Part shown: positions 48,115-61,900 of the stretch, one piece after another | How positions within the stretch are numbered: the stretch's first letter is position 1 | How the letters are laid out: every line of letters begins with the position of its first letter | From: a virus | IMG/VR virus record: IMGVR_UViG_3300009370_001603 | Coordinates: 1-64,000 of that record | Length of the DNA: 64,000 nucleotides | Reading direction: 5' to 3' (one strand) | Notes under the pieces: generated by a model | Databases searched by the model: none | What the model was told of the DNA's origin: nothing | Seen by the model: the letters and a program-made list of their open reading frames with translations, nothing else | Translations under genes and position numbers: made by a program

Positions 48115-49956
48115 TTATCTGTCCAGTTCATACGTAAATGATACATTAAAACTATAGGTTCCGGCCTTTGGGTTCCAGCTTTCTGACGGGGGAGAAATGA
48201 AACACTTTCTAATTCCGGGTTCCTGTTGGGGGCTTACTTCTTTTAGTAATTTTGCCAACTGGGTGGCTGTAGGCTCTACAACGCTAGGTTTTTTAAGCAT
48301 GATTGGATCTCTACCCGACCCATATGGGATTTTAGTATAGTCCATAACTAAATTTATTGAAACATCCCTTTTATGCTCAGTTCTACCTCCAATGTACTGT
48401 AATACCGGCCCTGTTTTTCTTCCCAGTACGGGAATGACAGCAAACACGTCTCCGGGATAAGTATCGTTTACTTGAATACTTTCCGTTATAGCCCCTGATA
48501 TTATATTAGTCGGCCTATTATCAAACGCCAAGCTATAAGTCAGGTTACCGGTAAATTTATTTGCCCCTATACTCACGCTGGCAGGCTGTGAATTAAGGCC
48601 AACGGCAACCATGTTGTTCGCACGCTTATAAACATGGCTACCAACGCCAAAGAATCCAGAATTTGTTATTTCATTATATTTACTTAGTGCATTATCATAA
48701 GCGTTAACTCCAGACTGAAGGGGATTAATAATTGAGCTGCCGTCCAATCCTCCATGAAAAGTACCGCTTGGGCTAAACGTTGAAAGACCTTTTATGGTGC
48801 CGTCTACCGACACCTGTACAAAAGGACTGTTGTTTGATGAGCTAACCTTTAAATTGAAATTCTCGTAGGCAACACCGCTGGATAGAAACCAGTTCTCAGT
48901 AACAGAAAATGTTCCAGCGGATTCGCTTACGTTTTCCGTTCTTACTAGGTTAAATCCACCATATTTATCGACGAGATTTAGAGTTCCGCTACCGATTTTT
49001 CCAAATACATTTGGGTATCCTTTTGCGCCATCGCTAAAGAGTCGATTGGTTACGAACTTCTTCGCAGACTCCCAAGCCGGAATTTTTGTCGGCGCTGTCC
49101 CCTCGGGATCTTTATGCATGTAATGCGTCTTACCGGCGGCATTAATAGTGTGAGATATCCTGTAACCTCTGGGGGCGACAGTGCCATCCCCCAAATTTAC
49201 CTCTGCTGACGATCCTCCGTCGTCCACTTGGACGGCCCAGCTTTCAGAAAAACTTTTAATAAAGGCGCCACTTAGTGCGACAACTAGGTCTTCATTAGAA
49301 ACTAGTTGAACTTCTCTGGGGTGTTTCCTATCCGAATCCCCGCTACCAATCGGAATCAATGTTCCATCTAAGTCTGGTCTAATTCCGGCAGCCTCTTGGT
49401 GTAGCAGAACATCCGCTTCCAGATTAATAGTAAAATCAGATTTATTTGTATAAGTACCCTCACTGAAGTTAATGCTAACCACCCTTGGGTAGCATATAAC
49501 TGCGGGTATGTCTTCTCTAACGTCCGTAATTTCAAGTCTTTGACCGTCTTGTGCGAACAAGGCCTTCAACGATCTCTGTTTAGATAGAATGGCTGAAGCT
49601 AGGTTCTCTTGAGGAACCTGCTGTCTAGGGGGTTTATTTATGCCGGTGTGAGACCTGTTGCTATCAAACGCTCCATAGGGGCCGATATGTGCTGGCACGG
49701 GGCTAGTTCCAGCCCAAAACGGATAAGGGCCATCTTTAACAGAAGTCCTTCCCGCCTGCCCGTCTGCAACGTGGTCAAGCGCATACGGAGATCCCTCATC
49801 CGGTAATAATGTACCAGTTAAAGTTATTGTATAAGTGACACCAAACGCTTCCCCAGCTCCATTTTTTAGTATATTTGTATTAATACTAACTAGCGGAGTT
49901 GGACGTATAGTACACTCTTGAGATGAGTCATTCTGATATCTGATTCTGATAGGCAT
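48115..49956 (-). CDS. putative tail (distal tail-like) structural protein (613 aa)
   Basis: Beta-strand-rich (YTITLTGTLL, FTINLE, VSVDGTIKGL, ESWNP..GTYS); position in the tail block. Confidence 0.55.
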   Translation of the reverse strand: MPIRIRYQNDSSQECTIRPTPLVSINTNILKNGAGEAFGVTYTITLTGTLLPDEGSPYALDHVADGQAGRTSVKDGPYPFWAGTSPVPAHIGPYGAFDSNRSHTGINKPPRQQVPQENLASAILSKQRSLKALFAQDGQRLEITDVREDIPAVICYPRVVSINFSEGTYTNKSDFTINLEADVLLHQEAAGIRPDLDGTLIPIGSGDSDRKHPREVQLVSNEDLVVALSGAFIKSFSESWAVQVDDGGSSAEVNLGDGTVAPRGYRISHTINAAGKTHYMHKDPEGTAPTKIPAWESAKKFVTNRLFSDGAKGYPNVFGKIGSGTLNLVDKYGGFNLVRTENVSESAGTFSVTENWFLSSGVAYENFNLKVSSSNNSPFVQVSVDGTIKGLSTFSPSGTFHGGLDGSSIINPLQSGVNAYDNALSKYNEITNSGFFGVGSHVYKRANNMVAVGLNSQPASVSIGANKFTGNLTYSLAFDNRPTNIISGAITESIQVNDTYPGDVFAVIPVLGRKTGPVLQYIGGRTEHKRDVSINLVMDYTKIPYGSGRDPIMLKKPSVVEPTATQLAKLLKEVSPQQEPGIRKCFISPPSESWNPKAGTYSFNVSFTYELDR

Positions 49957-52900
49957 TATTTACCCCTAAGTCTTAAATTTAGGTTGTCCGTAGTTTGGGT
50001 ACTAGTAACATTTAGGTTCAACGATTGATTGGAAGAACCGCTAGCTACAGTCACAATTAGCGGCAAGCCGCTGTCAGAAACGACGCCACTAGCCCCAAAA
50101 GTCCTTAAGTTCATACTATTATACACATATGCGGACGGAGCACCCGATAACATTAGGCTCATATGTCCGCTCACATCCACTGGTTTTCCGGATGTAATGA
50201 GGTTTAATGAGCCGTTTGCAGACTCACCACCAACGAAGTCCCCTATAACACACTCAACGAATGGTCTATGGGTCACAAAACCCTTTATTGATGGATCGAA
50301 ACCAGACGCTTCAATATACAAATCTCCGTAGGCGTTGGAGAATACGATTCCAGATGTCTCATGTGTTATTGGATCTCCGGTCTCATTTTGGTACACGCGA
50401 TCTAGTAACATATTTTGGCCGTCGTCTGTTTTAGCTCCAAATATCTTTACATCGATCCAGCTTCCAGAATTAGGTATGGATGGGATCTGCCCCCTCAGCA
50501 TGGCGTCATAAGTAAAGGCGGCCCCAGCGTCCGTCACGCCACTCGAATGGTGGTTTCCGCTCGTGGCATGATCATGGAATGGAGAGCCAACGGCTAGGGT
50601 GTAATCACTGTCTCCTCTTTCTGACCTGAATATAGAAACAGACCTACCAAAACTATCATTCTCGCATCCGCTAGAAGTTAAATTGTCTCCAATGTAAATA
50701 CTGCCCGATCTGGCGTGATACCCGTGGGAGAAGAGTTTTTCTGCATAAACCCATTCTTTTGTCCTTGCTTGCCAGTCTGTAATACTATGTCTGTAATTAA
50801 ACACCGCCCCATGATTAAGAACCATAGTTCCGCTGTCTGTATCAAAGTAGTCAACCCTAATCCCAGAACTGCCTAAATCATAGAATTTGTGTGATGGTAT
50901 GTCGAACTCAGCCCCGAAACTCTTTCTTTGGAACGCTGTGTTTAAATCATTTGTTACCACCGCGCCGCTATAAATATGCTCATGAAGCGTCTCGTAATCG
51001 TGATGTGGGGCACCGATTGCAATCATATCTGCGTCAATTGCTACAGAGTATCCAAACTTATCAGTTCTACCACCATTATTAAGAGCAAAATCATTGTTTA
51101 AGTGATGATCGCCTTTAATCGTTTGTAGGGTAGAAATAGTAGCACCATCAAGCCCGATGTTAATACTACTCGGTTTAATTTTTTGTCTGAATTCCCAAGG
51201 TAGTCTTTCGTTAACAACATTCTTTCCACTGCCAGTTTTCTCAAAGTAGAACGCAGCTCCAGCTCCACCGTTTTGACTAACCACGACCCCAGACCTGAAT
51301 GGGTCATTTTCTATTTCGTGCCACTGAACTATGCCGCTAATTCCGCTTGCAACATTTTCCGTAACGAGACCATTGAAGGGTGTGCCAACAATAAGTTTGT
51401 TATTTGTTAGGTCAACCGAGAAGCCAAATAGGTCTCCGGGACATCCCGAGTTATAAGAATCAAAGTCTAAGAAGTCTCTACCTTCTGCTACTTTCATTAA
51501 GTCATTAACGCCGCCTTCTGAACCCGCATCAACTAGGAAATCTTTCTCTACACCATCCACAACGTAGTTTGTGGGAAGTTGATTCAGGAAGTCACCACTA
51601 AATCTGGGATACCCACCATAGTCGGGATAGACGCTGCCTCCAAAATATTTAATTTCGATGTCTATTTGCTTAGGGGTTGATGGGTCTGCCGGTCTGCCCA
51701 CGTCGTTCGCTGGATGATAAGTATCTTCATTGTCTACAAATTCATCTACGGTTCCGTCACCATTCGCGCCATAGAGTGGGAATAAAGTATTGGCTACGCC
51801 CTTCGCGGCATAATACTTAGGGGCGCTGCCTCTCTCTGGTGCGCGTAGTTTTTGGGTAAACTGGAATACCTTATCGCTAGTCGTCACGTCGAAACCGCGA
51901 CCACCAAATTCCTTTCTCTCGTGTGGGCTTACGGGGTACAGGCTTCTGATAAAGAATTGATTTTCACCAACAGAATCATTTCTATAGTGCTTGCATTGCC
52001 CTTGAATCATAGTGGAGTCTGTAAGTACTACAATTTTGGATCTTTCAAAACCATTCGCGCCATTTGTGAAATGCTCATATTCTTCTGCCGCAACAATTGG
52101 GCCATCTTCGATTTCTTCATCGCCGCGTGGAGCACAGCACGTCTCATCCTTGGGCGGTGGGCACGGGGGATTAGCTGGATTACAATACTCTTCACTTCGA
52201 TGCATGATCGGCCTAAAGACTCCCGGTATCACGCCTTCTTCAGCGGGAATGGTCTCACACTCTTCTCTGCAATCCCAGCCAATTATCCTTTTCCCTTCTT
52301 TTGGTTTGTTTAGAATTTCTTCCTCAAGCGGAAGTGGACATCCCGATATAGACAATATTCTGGCGGTTTGAGGATAACCATTTGCTGGGTCGTGGCCCTT
52401 GCCACCGGCCTCATCGCACTGTTCTACCCAAATTTGCTCTTTATATATATCCGTATCAAATATGATTCTTAATTTACCAGTCTGGTCTGCTTTCACATCT
52501 ACGTAAGACTGTTGTACATTGCCAACCGTGGTTGCCCCCAAACGACAATTTCCACATTCTTCGTTTGGATCACAAGTGCCACAATCGTGGAAATCCTCAT
52601 TATACCAGCAACCATTTCTAAGGTTTCGCTGGGGCGCAACGTTTTCGTCGGTCATTTCAATGATACCATGACAGTCGCAGGGAGGCTGCGGGAAGGTACC
52701 ATCCCATGCGCACGGGGCGTTCGCCTCAAAGACATTCTCAGCGACACCAAACGTCCCATATATTTCATTCTTGGTCTCAGACACCCAATTCACAAATACC
52801 CTATAGCCGGAGCCGGGATTAACAGGGAATTGACCGCTAGCCTTACAGTCTAGATACCAGAGATTTTCTTTGTTGACTTCTGGACATATATCATATACCC

Positions 52901-55900
52901 CTTGCCACTGGCTGTGTAATTCGGGTGTATCATACCAAATTAAATTTTTGTAATCTCCGCCGCCAGAAATCGGAATAAAATCAAACAAATCACCCTCGTC
53001 CCAGCCACAATCTTCTCCATTGAAAATATCTTTTTCATCGCACTCGTGGTCAGGGCTGTGTCTCAGTGATACCTTTTGGACAGATGTTCTCTCTTGAGAG
53101 TTATAGTTTTTATCCCACGCATAACCATGTAAACAGCCTGCAAAAACATCGGAATCAAGTTCTAGTTTTTGCAATATTGTATCAGTGTCCTCCGGGGCGT
53201 ATGGGCAACAATCTTGCCTATTGCCCTCATCCACTATCTTGTTGGTTTGAACAAAATAATCGCCCTTGCACGGTCTGAGCCAAGGCCTACTCTTTAGCCC
53301 AAGTTTCTCAAGTAGAACTGAAACATTTTCCGCTAGGCCCTGCCTGTTCTCTCTGTGCCATCCAGCATAAGTGATGAATAGCTTCTTGTTTCCATTCTTC
53401 AACCAATTTTTTAACACGGAAATGTCATCGTCTGTTGGCATTCCATCCGGATTAGCAATCCAAACAGTGTCAACAGCCTCAGTGCCATCAATATCAACTC
53501 CGGGTCCGTACACTTCATTCTCGGTAACATTAATACCAAAGGCGGTTAGCTTTTCTTTTATAACTGAAAATTCATAAGCATCTTTAAAGGAGGTTCTCTT
53601 TGTCCACCCACCAAGCTGCACTAAGCGACCGGCTTCCTCACAGCTTTTCCTTACTGTATTTACATAAAATACTATGTTTTGATCGGAATTGCCCCCTATA
53701 TCGTCACCACCAAGAGAGTCGGTAAAGCTACGCTCATTTTCTCCATTAACAGAGGCTAAAATAAACACCCTATTATTCCCGTCTACAGTTTCCCCCTCGT
53801 CATTCTTGTATAGGTATGGTTCTTCAACCATTAATGTAGACTTTTTATCGAGCAATACTCTTTTATCTACAACCGTGACTTTTTCTTTCACGTCTCCTAT
53901 TCCCTGTAGAATTGCATCTCTGCCATTCTTGGGGTCTGGATTTATAAAGCCACCCTTGTTATCGGATAATCTCCAATATTCTATATTCTCACCTATAGAC
54001 TGCCCCGTGAAGTCTCCGGAAACAGAGAAGGCCAAGGTGTCTAATTGATGGGTTGCAAATTTGCATTCCTTATAAAATTGAGGGATGGTAAAGAATTCCC
54101 AAATTGGATCGCATACCGTCTCACAAATAGTTTCCTCTGGGCGAAACCAATGTTGGTCCGGTGTCCACTCTGCCGCCGTCAGGATTGGAACAACATCTTC
54201 CCACGGCCTATTAATCAAGGGTTTTGGTGATGAGGGATAGTTTCTACATGGCGATCCTATAGGCCCACTCTTATCTGAATTCGTGAAGTGGAATGGCCAG
54301 TTCATCTTATACTTATGGGGCATCCCATTATCTTTTGCGCACGTTACATTCCATTGCGCCCTAAGATCTCCAAGATGCTTGATCGGAAGGTTACAAACGG
54401 TCTGATTGTCCTCGTCACATGGTGAAGACACAAACAAATCTTCAAGACCTAAATCAGACACGTCGTATACGATCTTTCCAACGCCCTTGGCAAACATGTT
54501 GGGAGCAGCATGTTTTGATTCATAGGTATCAGTGTAAGCATTTTCTGGAACAAATGACTTGGTAACATTCCATCTATTCCCAAATACATCAGTTTCACTA
54601 ATACATTCCGGAAGAGACTCATATTCAGTGTCGGCAGCCTCAATTTTCATTCGAGAGCCGAGTCTTTTCAGGATCTTATTAACTATATCGTTGGATTCCC
54701 TGTAGAGACCATCTTCCTCATAAAGCGGATCATTACCAACCAAAACCAAGGTTCTGTCGCCTAGGGCTAACCAGTTTTTAATGTTATCAATAATTTCATC
54801 GCTGGCAGCATCTAGTTCTGGTGTAATTATAAATGCAAGCCCAGCGTTTCGTGGTATTTCTATGGTAGAAAATGGCAATCTTGTAAATGGTATATTGTCG
54901 GGCTGGAAGTAATTACCCATGCGATCATAGAAACCAGCTTCACGAAGCTCATGATGAACTGATCTGTCAAGATTTCCAAACCTCGTGAATTCTACGGCTC
55001 CGCTATGGGAAACGTACTGTTTAGCTTCAAACATTCTCACGGCACCGGCGTTTGTATACGAAGCAAATGTAGCCTCTTTGGCGCCCCTGTTGTACCACAC
55101 ATTGCTATCCTCAAACATCGTGGTGGAATCTGTGGGCGCTCCAAACGCAACGGTTATTCCGTCATCATCTACGGAGGTGCTATATCCCAGCCTAGAGCTT
55201 CCTAAGAACTCACCTTGAATAAATTGCCAAGTTCCAGTGGTTGTAATATCGCCATACTTGTAGTTAAATATGGGCTTATATAGTTCAATGGGAAGTCCGT
55301 GACCGTTTGTTCCCTTACCAATACCATCCCAGAAATTTTTATCTGTCCTTAGCCAAAGCTTATTAGTCTGAGAAAGCTCATGATAAGTTTGTTTCTTGGC
55401 ATAATCAGCCCCATGTTCTAGAACTAAGGCATCATATCTAGCCAAGGGAATCTCAAGGTTCCTATAAACAAGCCAGTCCCGAATCTTATTATACATTCTT
55501 TGGTTTTCTGCGTCTTGTCGCTCGAAAATTTCGCAAGGAACATACGTCCACGGAGAACCTACCGAAATAACATCCGAATTTTTACTGATTGCAACAGAGT
55601 GGCCAAACCTGTCGTTGTATTGCTTGCCAAAACCCAAGAAGTCATCTGGAGCATCCTGTTCATTCTCTTCATTAACCTGTCTTTCGCTATATGGTATAAT
55701 TTCTTGCACACAGTTAAATGTGCCGCTCTCTTTTTCAAATACAAAAACCCTACCACCAGAAGAGGGGGGAATTTGGAATTCCGCAGCATTGGACTTTGCC
55801 CACTTTTGACCAACGCCACTCGTGATGAAGCTAAGGATTGGATATGGCGTATTTTCAATGTTGTTATCTATCAGATAGCCAGAGTTCAACGTGTTGTTAA

Positions 55901-58900
55901 TCAGAGACGCTGTGGTTAGCTCCATTTTCTCAGACGCACCAAGTTCTATTCTGGTATGGCCAGACATGGGAACGGGAATCTCTGGATTGACTACTCCGCT
56001 CGCATGACTGTACTCTTTATAGAAATCAACAAAATCGTCCACAACATCTTCATCGCCTAACTGGAAGGCTTTACCAAAGAGTGTACTGTGGCTATTCTCT
56101 TTAAATATACCTACAATTGGCGGTATTCCACTGTGAGGCTCAAAGGCTGTCCAGTCAGTTTTCGGAGGGAACATCTCTCTGAATGCGCCAATAATACCAC
56201 TAAGCATAGAGTTATAGGTATTCCTAGCTCCAAAATTATCTACAAGCTTTTGGTCATCCATTCTTGGGATATAGGTATGTGAGAAGAAATCTTTAAACTC
56301 GTCTGGATGTTTTTTCTTGTCCTTATCGTGATCTGTAAGTTGAAGTATGAGACATTTTACGTTTAAGTTTGGCTGAAATTCATTTGCAGTTTGGGCATTC
56401 CACGGGGCTGAGAAATATTTGTACAGGTGCTCCCATTTCTTACCAACATTTTTTATATATTTTATATTGTCAACATTGTAGGTAAACTTGTCAACAAAGA
56501 CCACCATGCACATTGGGATGCCGGAGGTAGTAATATCTGGGAATCGTCTAGACCAACCGGCGAAAGGTGCTCCAGCAACAATGGTCTCCCTGTCTCCGCT
56601 CTTGGCGATGTCTACCGAGCTTCCAAGCAATCTACCCTCTTGACCTATATTCCATTTTCGTCCAGATATGGTGAATTGATCAAATGTTATTAAGTTTTCA
56701 ACAACTTTGTCTACATAATCTCGCCTAAATCCAGACGGGAGCATTAGCTTATCTTCCATCGTCCAGATAGACTTTTCACCAGCAACATCTTGCCCTCTTC
56801 GATACAAGAACAGCGATCCGGCATCTGGTATGGCATGGCCAGAAGCATCTGGGATTTCTATCTTGGGTGAACCAACAACCATCAGATCGCTGGTAACAGC
56901 AACGGCCTCCCCGTAATTATCAGTTGGGTTTCGTCCGGATATGGGTGTGATGGAAAGATTACCACTTAGATATGGATAGTCGCCAATTAATTTAACACCA
57001 GAGTATACAATGTCAGAATCACAATCTCCATCGCCTTGATCCCCGCCCCTCCAGTTCGGGCCACATATTCCGTATTCCCACTCTTCAAAGTCTCTAGGCA
57101 CTTGAATGGAGTCTGTAGACCCAGTAGTTATTTTAAGGGTAGAGTAATAAGGGGCGTTTGGAATCAAACCAGTATATTTTCTGAAGCCGTAATAGTTCCC
57201 GCTATAGCCAGTCTCTCCGGCAAAGTTTATAGCTCCGGAGTTTGTGTATGTATTGACAGCTCTGAATATACCTCCGTCATTACACGTTTCTGGTCTCCAT
57301 ATTGTTTCGTCGGTCACGAGGGGTGGATCAATGGCTTTTCTTGGACTATCACTATCACATGCTCCATAGCCAATTAAATCAACACCCCTGATTTCGTTTG
57401 AAACCGGTATGGCCGCAATTGAGTTATCTCTTAGTTGGATGCCGGTACCATAATTTTGGTTATACCATCTTAGGTATGTGGAACCTACCCCTCCATAGTT
57501 TGGAACATATAGGTTCATTCCAAGTTGTGAGGCTCCGCCGTCCGACGCTTCGCTTCCGGAGGAGGAATTTGCTTGACTAGTTACTTCGTCGTCTCCGTAT
57601 ACCGTGAGCTTTAGGGTTCCGGAGGTAACAAACTGGTTATTAACTACAACCAGAGGCATTTCAACTTCTGGGGATCTATCTATTAGTTCGGCACCACCCA
57701 ATATATAGACTGGTATCGTGCCCGAATGAGGATGAGGATCACCCGCTAGATTATTCTCTATACGAAGCTGCATCTGCTGGAAAAAGCCCGTGCTATTGCC
57801 AGATGGGGCGTAGGTATACAGAGGTAATTCGCCGCCACTAGGTGTAATTACTAATCCGTCATTAGCAATAGACAGGGGCATCTGCAACGTAGAGATGCCT
57901 TTACCTTTCGTTACCAGATTAAATGTGCCAGAAGCCCCGCTAACAACATTACAACAACCAGCGGTGTGTAGTGGGAATTCCGGGTCAGACGCGATAGCTA
58001 CAGCTACGGTACGTAGTGGTAAAGCCCCATCTTGTCTAAGGGAGCCGCTAACATTCAGCTCAAAACCAGATTCAGGCAATAAGACTGGGCCAAATGTGTT
58101 AAGATTAAGTATGCCACTATCTTTTGGAGCCACCGAAAGCGTATGTAAATCAAGGCTTCCCTTCAAGACATCTGTGCAACCACTAGCATATAGGTTAAAT
58201 ATGCCTGAGTCGGGCGTACACTTCACAAAGGCTTCATCCATTCTGACATGAGCGCTATGAATATCAATATTAGAGTCGAATGCTCCGCCAGACGGATAGA
58301 CCAAATCATATTGCAAGAACATGTCGTCAACATCTTGCGAATAATATTTTTCGGTAAACTCAGTCAGTCTTGGTTCTGCCGGGAATAATGCCCACTGTTC
58401 TGAATCATCAATAAGATTTTGATAATCAAACTTACTATCCAGCCTTACCATATAACTAGAAGGTTGAATGTAATGAATGGACCTGTTAATTAAGCCCCAG
58501 TTGCTTTCATTAGGAGTCCAATAAGGTTCTTTTTTCTTCGTATATAAGCTTACGACTAACCTTGGGCCTTTATAGTGATCTTGGTAAGCGTGTTTATGTT
58601 CATTGCAAAGATGGAAGGTGGTCGGTTTGCACTCTGGCCATTGAATGTCATTATCGGCTCTGTGTTCAAGGACAGTTTCGACAACCAAGGCCTTGTCTTT
58701 AAAGTTGTACCCAATAGGCAGACTCTTAGTTATTCTCTTAGCTACAGAGTGGAAGTTGTCCGACGTGTCGCTTAGGTGGAACCGCAAGAAGTCATTTTCG
58801 ATTTGGGTGTGATAGGAAACGCCGCTACTAATCGTCGAGGGCCAAGAGTTCAACGATAGAGAGCTTTGATTCTCATATGGAATGCCGCTATGTTTCAGGT

Positions 58901-61900
58901 GGAAACTAATTAAATCTTTTCCAGCCCTTTTTGTCCAATGGCTAAAGGCAGAGCTAAATGCATGAGTCTTGAAGTCACCTAACGCCCAGTCTGCTTGAGT
59001 ATCTTCGTTTACGTAGTCCCAGAGCTTGTACGTATCGTTACTGCTAGGCTCTCCCGGCTCAAAGAACTTAACCCTATGATTTTCCAAGAACTTCTGAGCT
59101 GTGACCTGTTTGTATGTCGCGTCAGCATTGGTTTCTACAATGTTGGTTCCTGAGCCATATACGCCACTATTCCAAGTAGAGATTCCAAATTCGGTCAGTA
59201 GCATATTCATTCCAACGCCAGAACCGTCAGAGTGACCAACGATTAAATTTGCACTATTAGTATGCTTTGTAAACTTACTAGAAGATGCTCTAAGTGTAGT
59301 CCAAACGCCGGAGTGGAATTCATTATCAGTATATAGTTTTAGCTTCTCGCTCTCATGATCATTATATGTGAGTATAACAGACAGTGGGTATTGATATCCG
59401 CTATACTTTACAGTGTCTTGAACAGAGACCAATGTTCCGTCTGTGGCTTTAGCGTAACCGCATAAGTAGCCGTCTTTATAACCAAGGGCGAAATCCATGT
59501 CTGATGGCGTAGTCCATTTAGAGAAAAGTACGCCAGAGCTAAATAAATCATAAGTTGTTCCCGACACATCTATATCTGGTGTGAATCTCGTGAAGATAGA
59601 GAATCCTCCAGAGGCGTCAATATTACCAAAATTAACGTTCTGATTATGGCCAGATATTCTTACAACGTTATCAAGAGCATCGGCAATCATACCATATAAT
59701 TCATGGTCTTCAAAATTGTGTGCCGGGGAGGTGGAAGACAATGCCGTCCAGTCTGTTGTTTTGTAGCTACTGGTGTGATTAGGTGCTTTTGTACTAAATA
59801 TATTCTGAGTCTTAAATCTCCACCCGACATTCTTGTAAATCTCAGGCGTGGAATTAAATAGTCCACTTACTCCACCAAAGCCTGCTCCCAGCGATCTAGA
59901 TTGAACATATTTTCCATCCATGTAGTCAAAGTTATAGAAACCGGACAGAAGGGGGAATTCAAGTAAAGGATTATAAAATCCAAAGCCAAACGCATCAGTA
60001 TCGTATGGACCCTGAACGGTCCCCTCTAACCCCCTCCACCTTCTAGAGTAATTAGATTTAATGCTAGAGGGGGTGCTATAGGCATGTGGAATATTAGTTA
60101 TAGTTGAAAGCGGGCCATATCCAGAACCGGCATTTATTATGCTGTCATTACCCTGCTTTGTGGACGGGAAGATTTTACCTTCAGATCTTCCGTCTTGTAT
60201 TTTATCAAAACACTCTCCACCCTGAATCTCAAGTTGTAGCGCGGCCTGTGGGGCATATCTAACCAGTAGATGGGCGCTGGCAATAGCGGCTCCGCTGGGG
60301 AGTGGGTATATGTCTAAATACAAATGTTCAAGCATAGAGCTGACATTGTAATTTCTGGAAAGCCCGATCTCTACATCATCTTTGTATACCTTTAGTGGTA
60401 CTTCATAGTCAGCAAAATCTGTTGTATTAACTATTGGATATCTTGTCAGGGAATAATGGTCTCCCCCTAAGTTGCCGCTTGTCTCTAAATATTTTTCCCT
60501 CTCAGATATACTTCTGGTAGATAACGCTAAATCGTCATCGTTGTCATAGTATCCAGATATAACAGGGTGAGTGCCCTCGCTGGTTATGATCTCCCCATTA
60601 ATCTGGACTGATGACGGGTTCTGTAAAAATCCGCTTGGAGCTTTTGTGATATTGAGGAGTTTGTCGTCGCTCCACCCAACAATGTCTAGCACATAGTCTC
60701 GGGAATCTGCTGCCTTCTTTGCCTTTACCTTTAGTGTAATAGACTCTATGGCCAAGAAGTTATTATCAAATCCAGCTTCAACTTTTCTTTCTGTTTGAAA
60801 TGCTCCGCTCGGGTGGAACCAAATTGGGCAAGTGTTTTGATCAAACTCGCACCCAAATGCTCCCCGCCTGATCTCATTAACAGGCCCGTGGCCATAGCCA
60901 AACTTTACAATCATCTTGCCAGAATCAAAATGAGGCCCAGTACTGTGCAGCTCGGCATAATCTAAGGTAGAATCAGTCTGCAATGCCTTGACAATCTGTT
61001 CAGAACCACATGTGTCCAAGTTATTACCAAGAATGCTAGAACTACCATCGTACATTGGCTTGTTCTTATGCTGCCACACACTACTTACTGCTGGGAAAAT
61101 TCCACTATTACTTGCGTCAGCTAAGGCAAAGAACGACGGTAAGATTTTCTTTTCCAGTCTTCTCCCGTTTCGCGGAGTGTCTAGAAAGAGATTAAAATAG
61201 TCCTCTCGTCTTGGTCCAGTGTATGAACTCAGCCAGTCCCCACCGCTGTTACAAATTTCTATAGCAGAGATTCTTATGCTTTTAGTTGGATTAATTAAAG
61301 ACTGGCCTTGCGTTGATAGCGGAGCACCGTCCAATGCTAGGTAATCATCATCATCCGCAACGGTCGTGTGCATTACATAGTCTTCTTCAAACCCTTCGTC
61401 AAATCCGGGGTCAAACGCATCGTCTCTCGGTGTAACCTTTACCTCGAAAGAGAGTTGATAACCAGTGATTTGATGTGTGTGCGGTTGGTCACGACGCTCC
61501 CAGTCATACTGGTCTGCAAACTTATTTGTAATTGGTTTTAAAGAATATGTAGCATAGTTAACAAGAGTTTTATCGTTACTATAGTCTACATCGCCAAGAA
61601 TGTTTATATCTTCATACTGAACCATCGCGTTCCCGGATGGGTCGGAAAAGGTAACGTTCTTAATCGTATAAAGCGGGGCTATTTTGGATTCATAGTTAGC
61701 CATCGGGGCAGATGCTCTAATCCGCAGTCTTGTCTGATCCGGCCTAATGTGGAAATCAGTTAACTCACTCTTGTACTGGAAATTGCCCTCAGTATGGTAG
61801 CCACTGGGGTGAATAAAAGAATTGGCGTCGTCGGCCAAAAGGACGCTTTGGCTAAAGGGGGTGTGATAATCCCCGGTAAAAACACCCTCATCTATAAATG

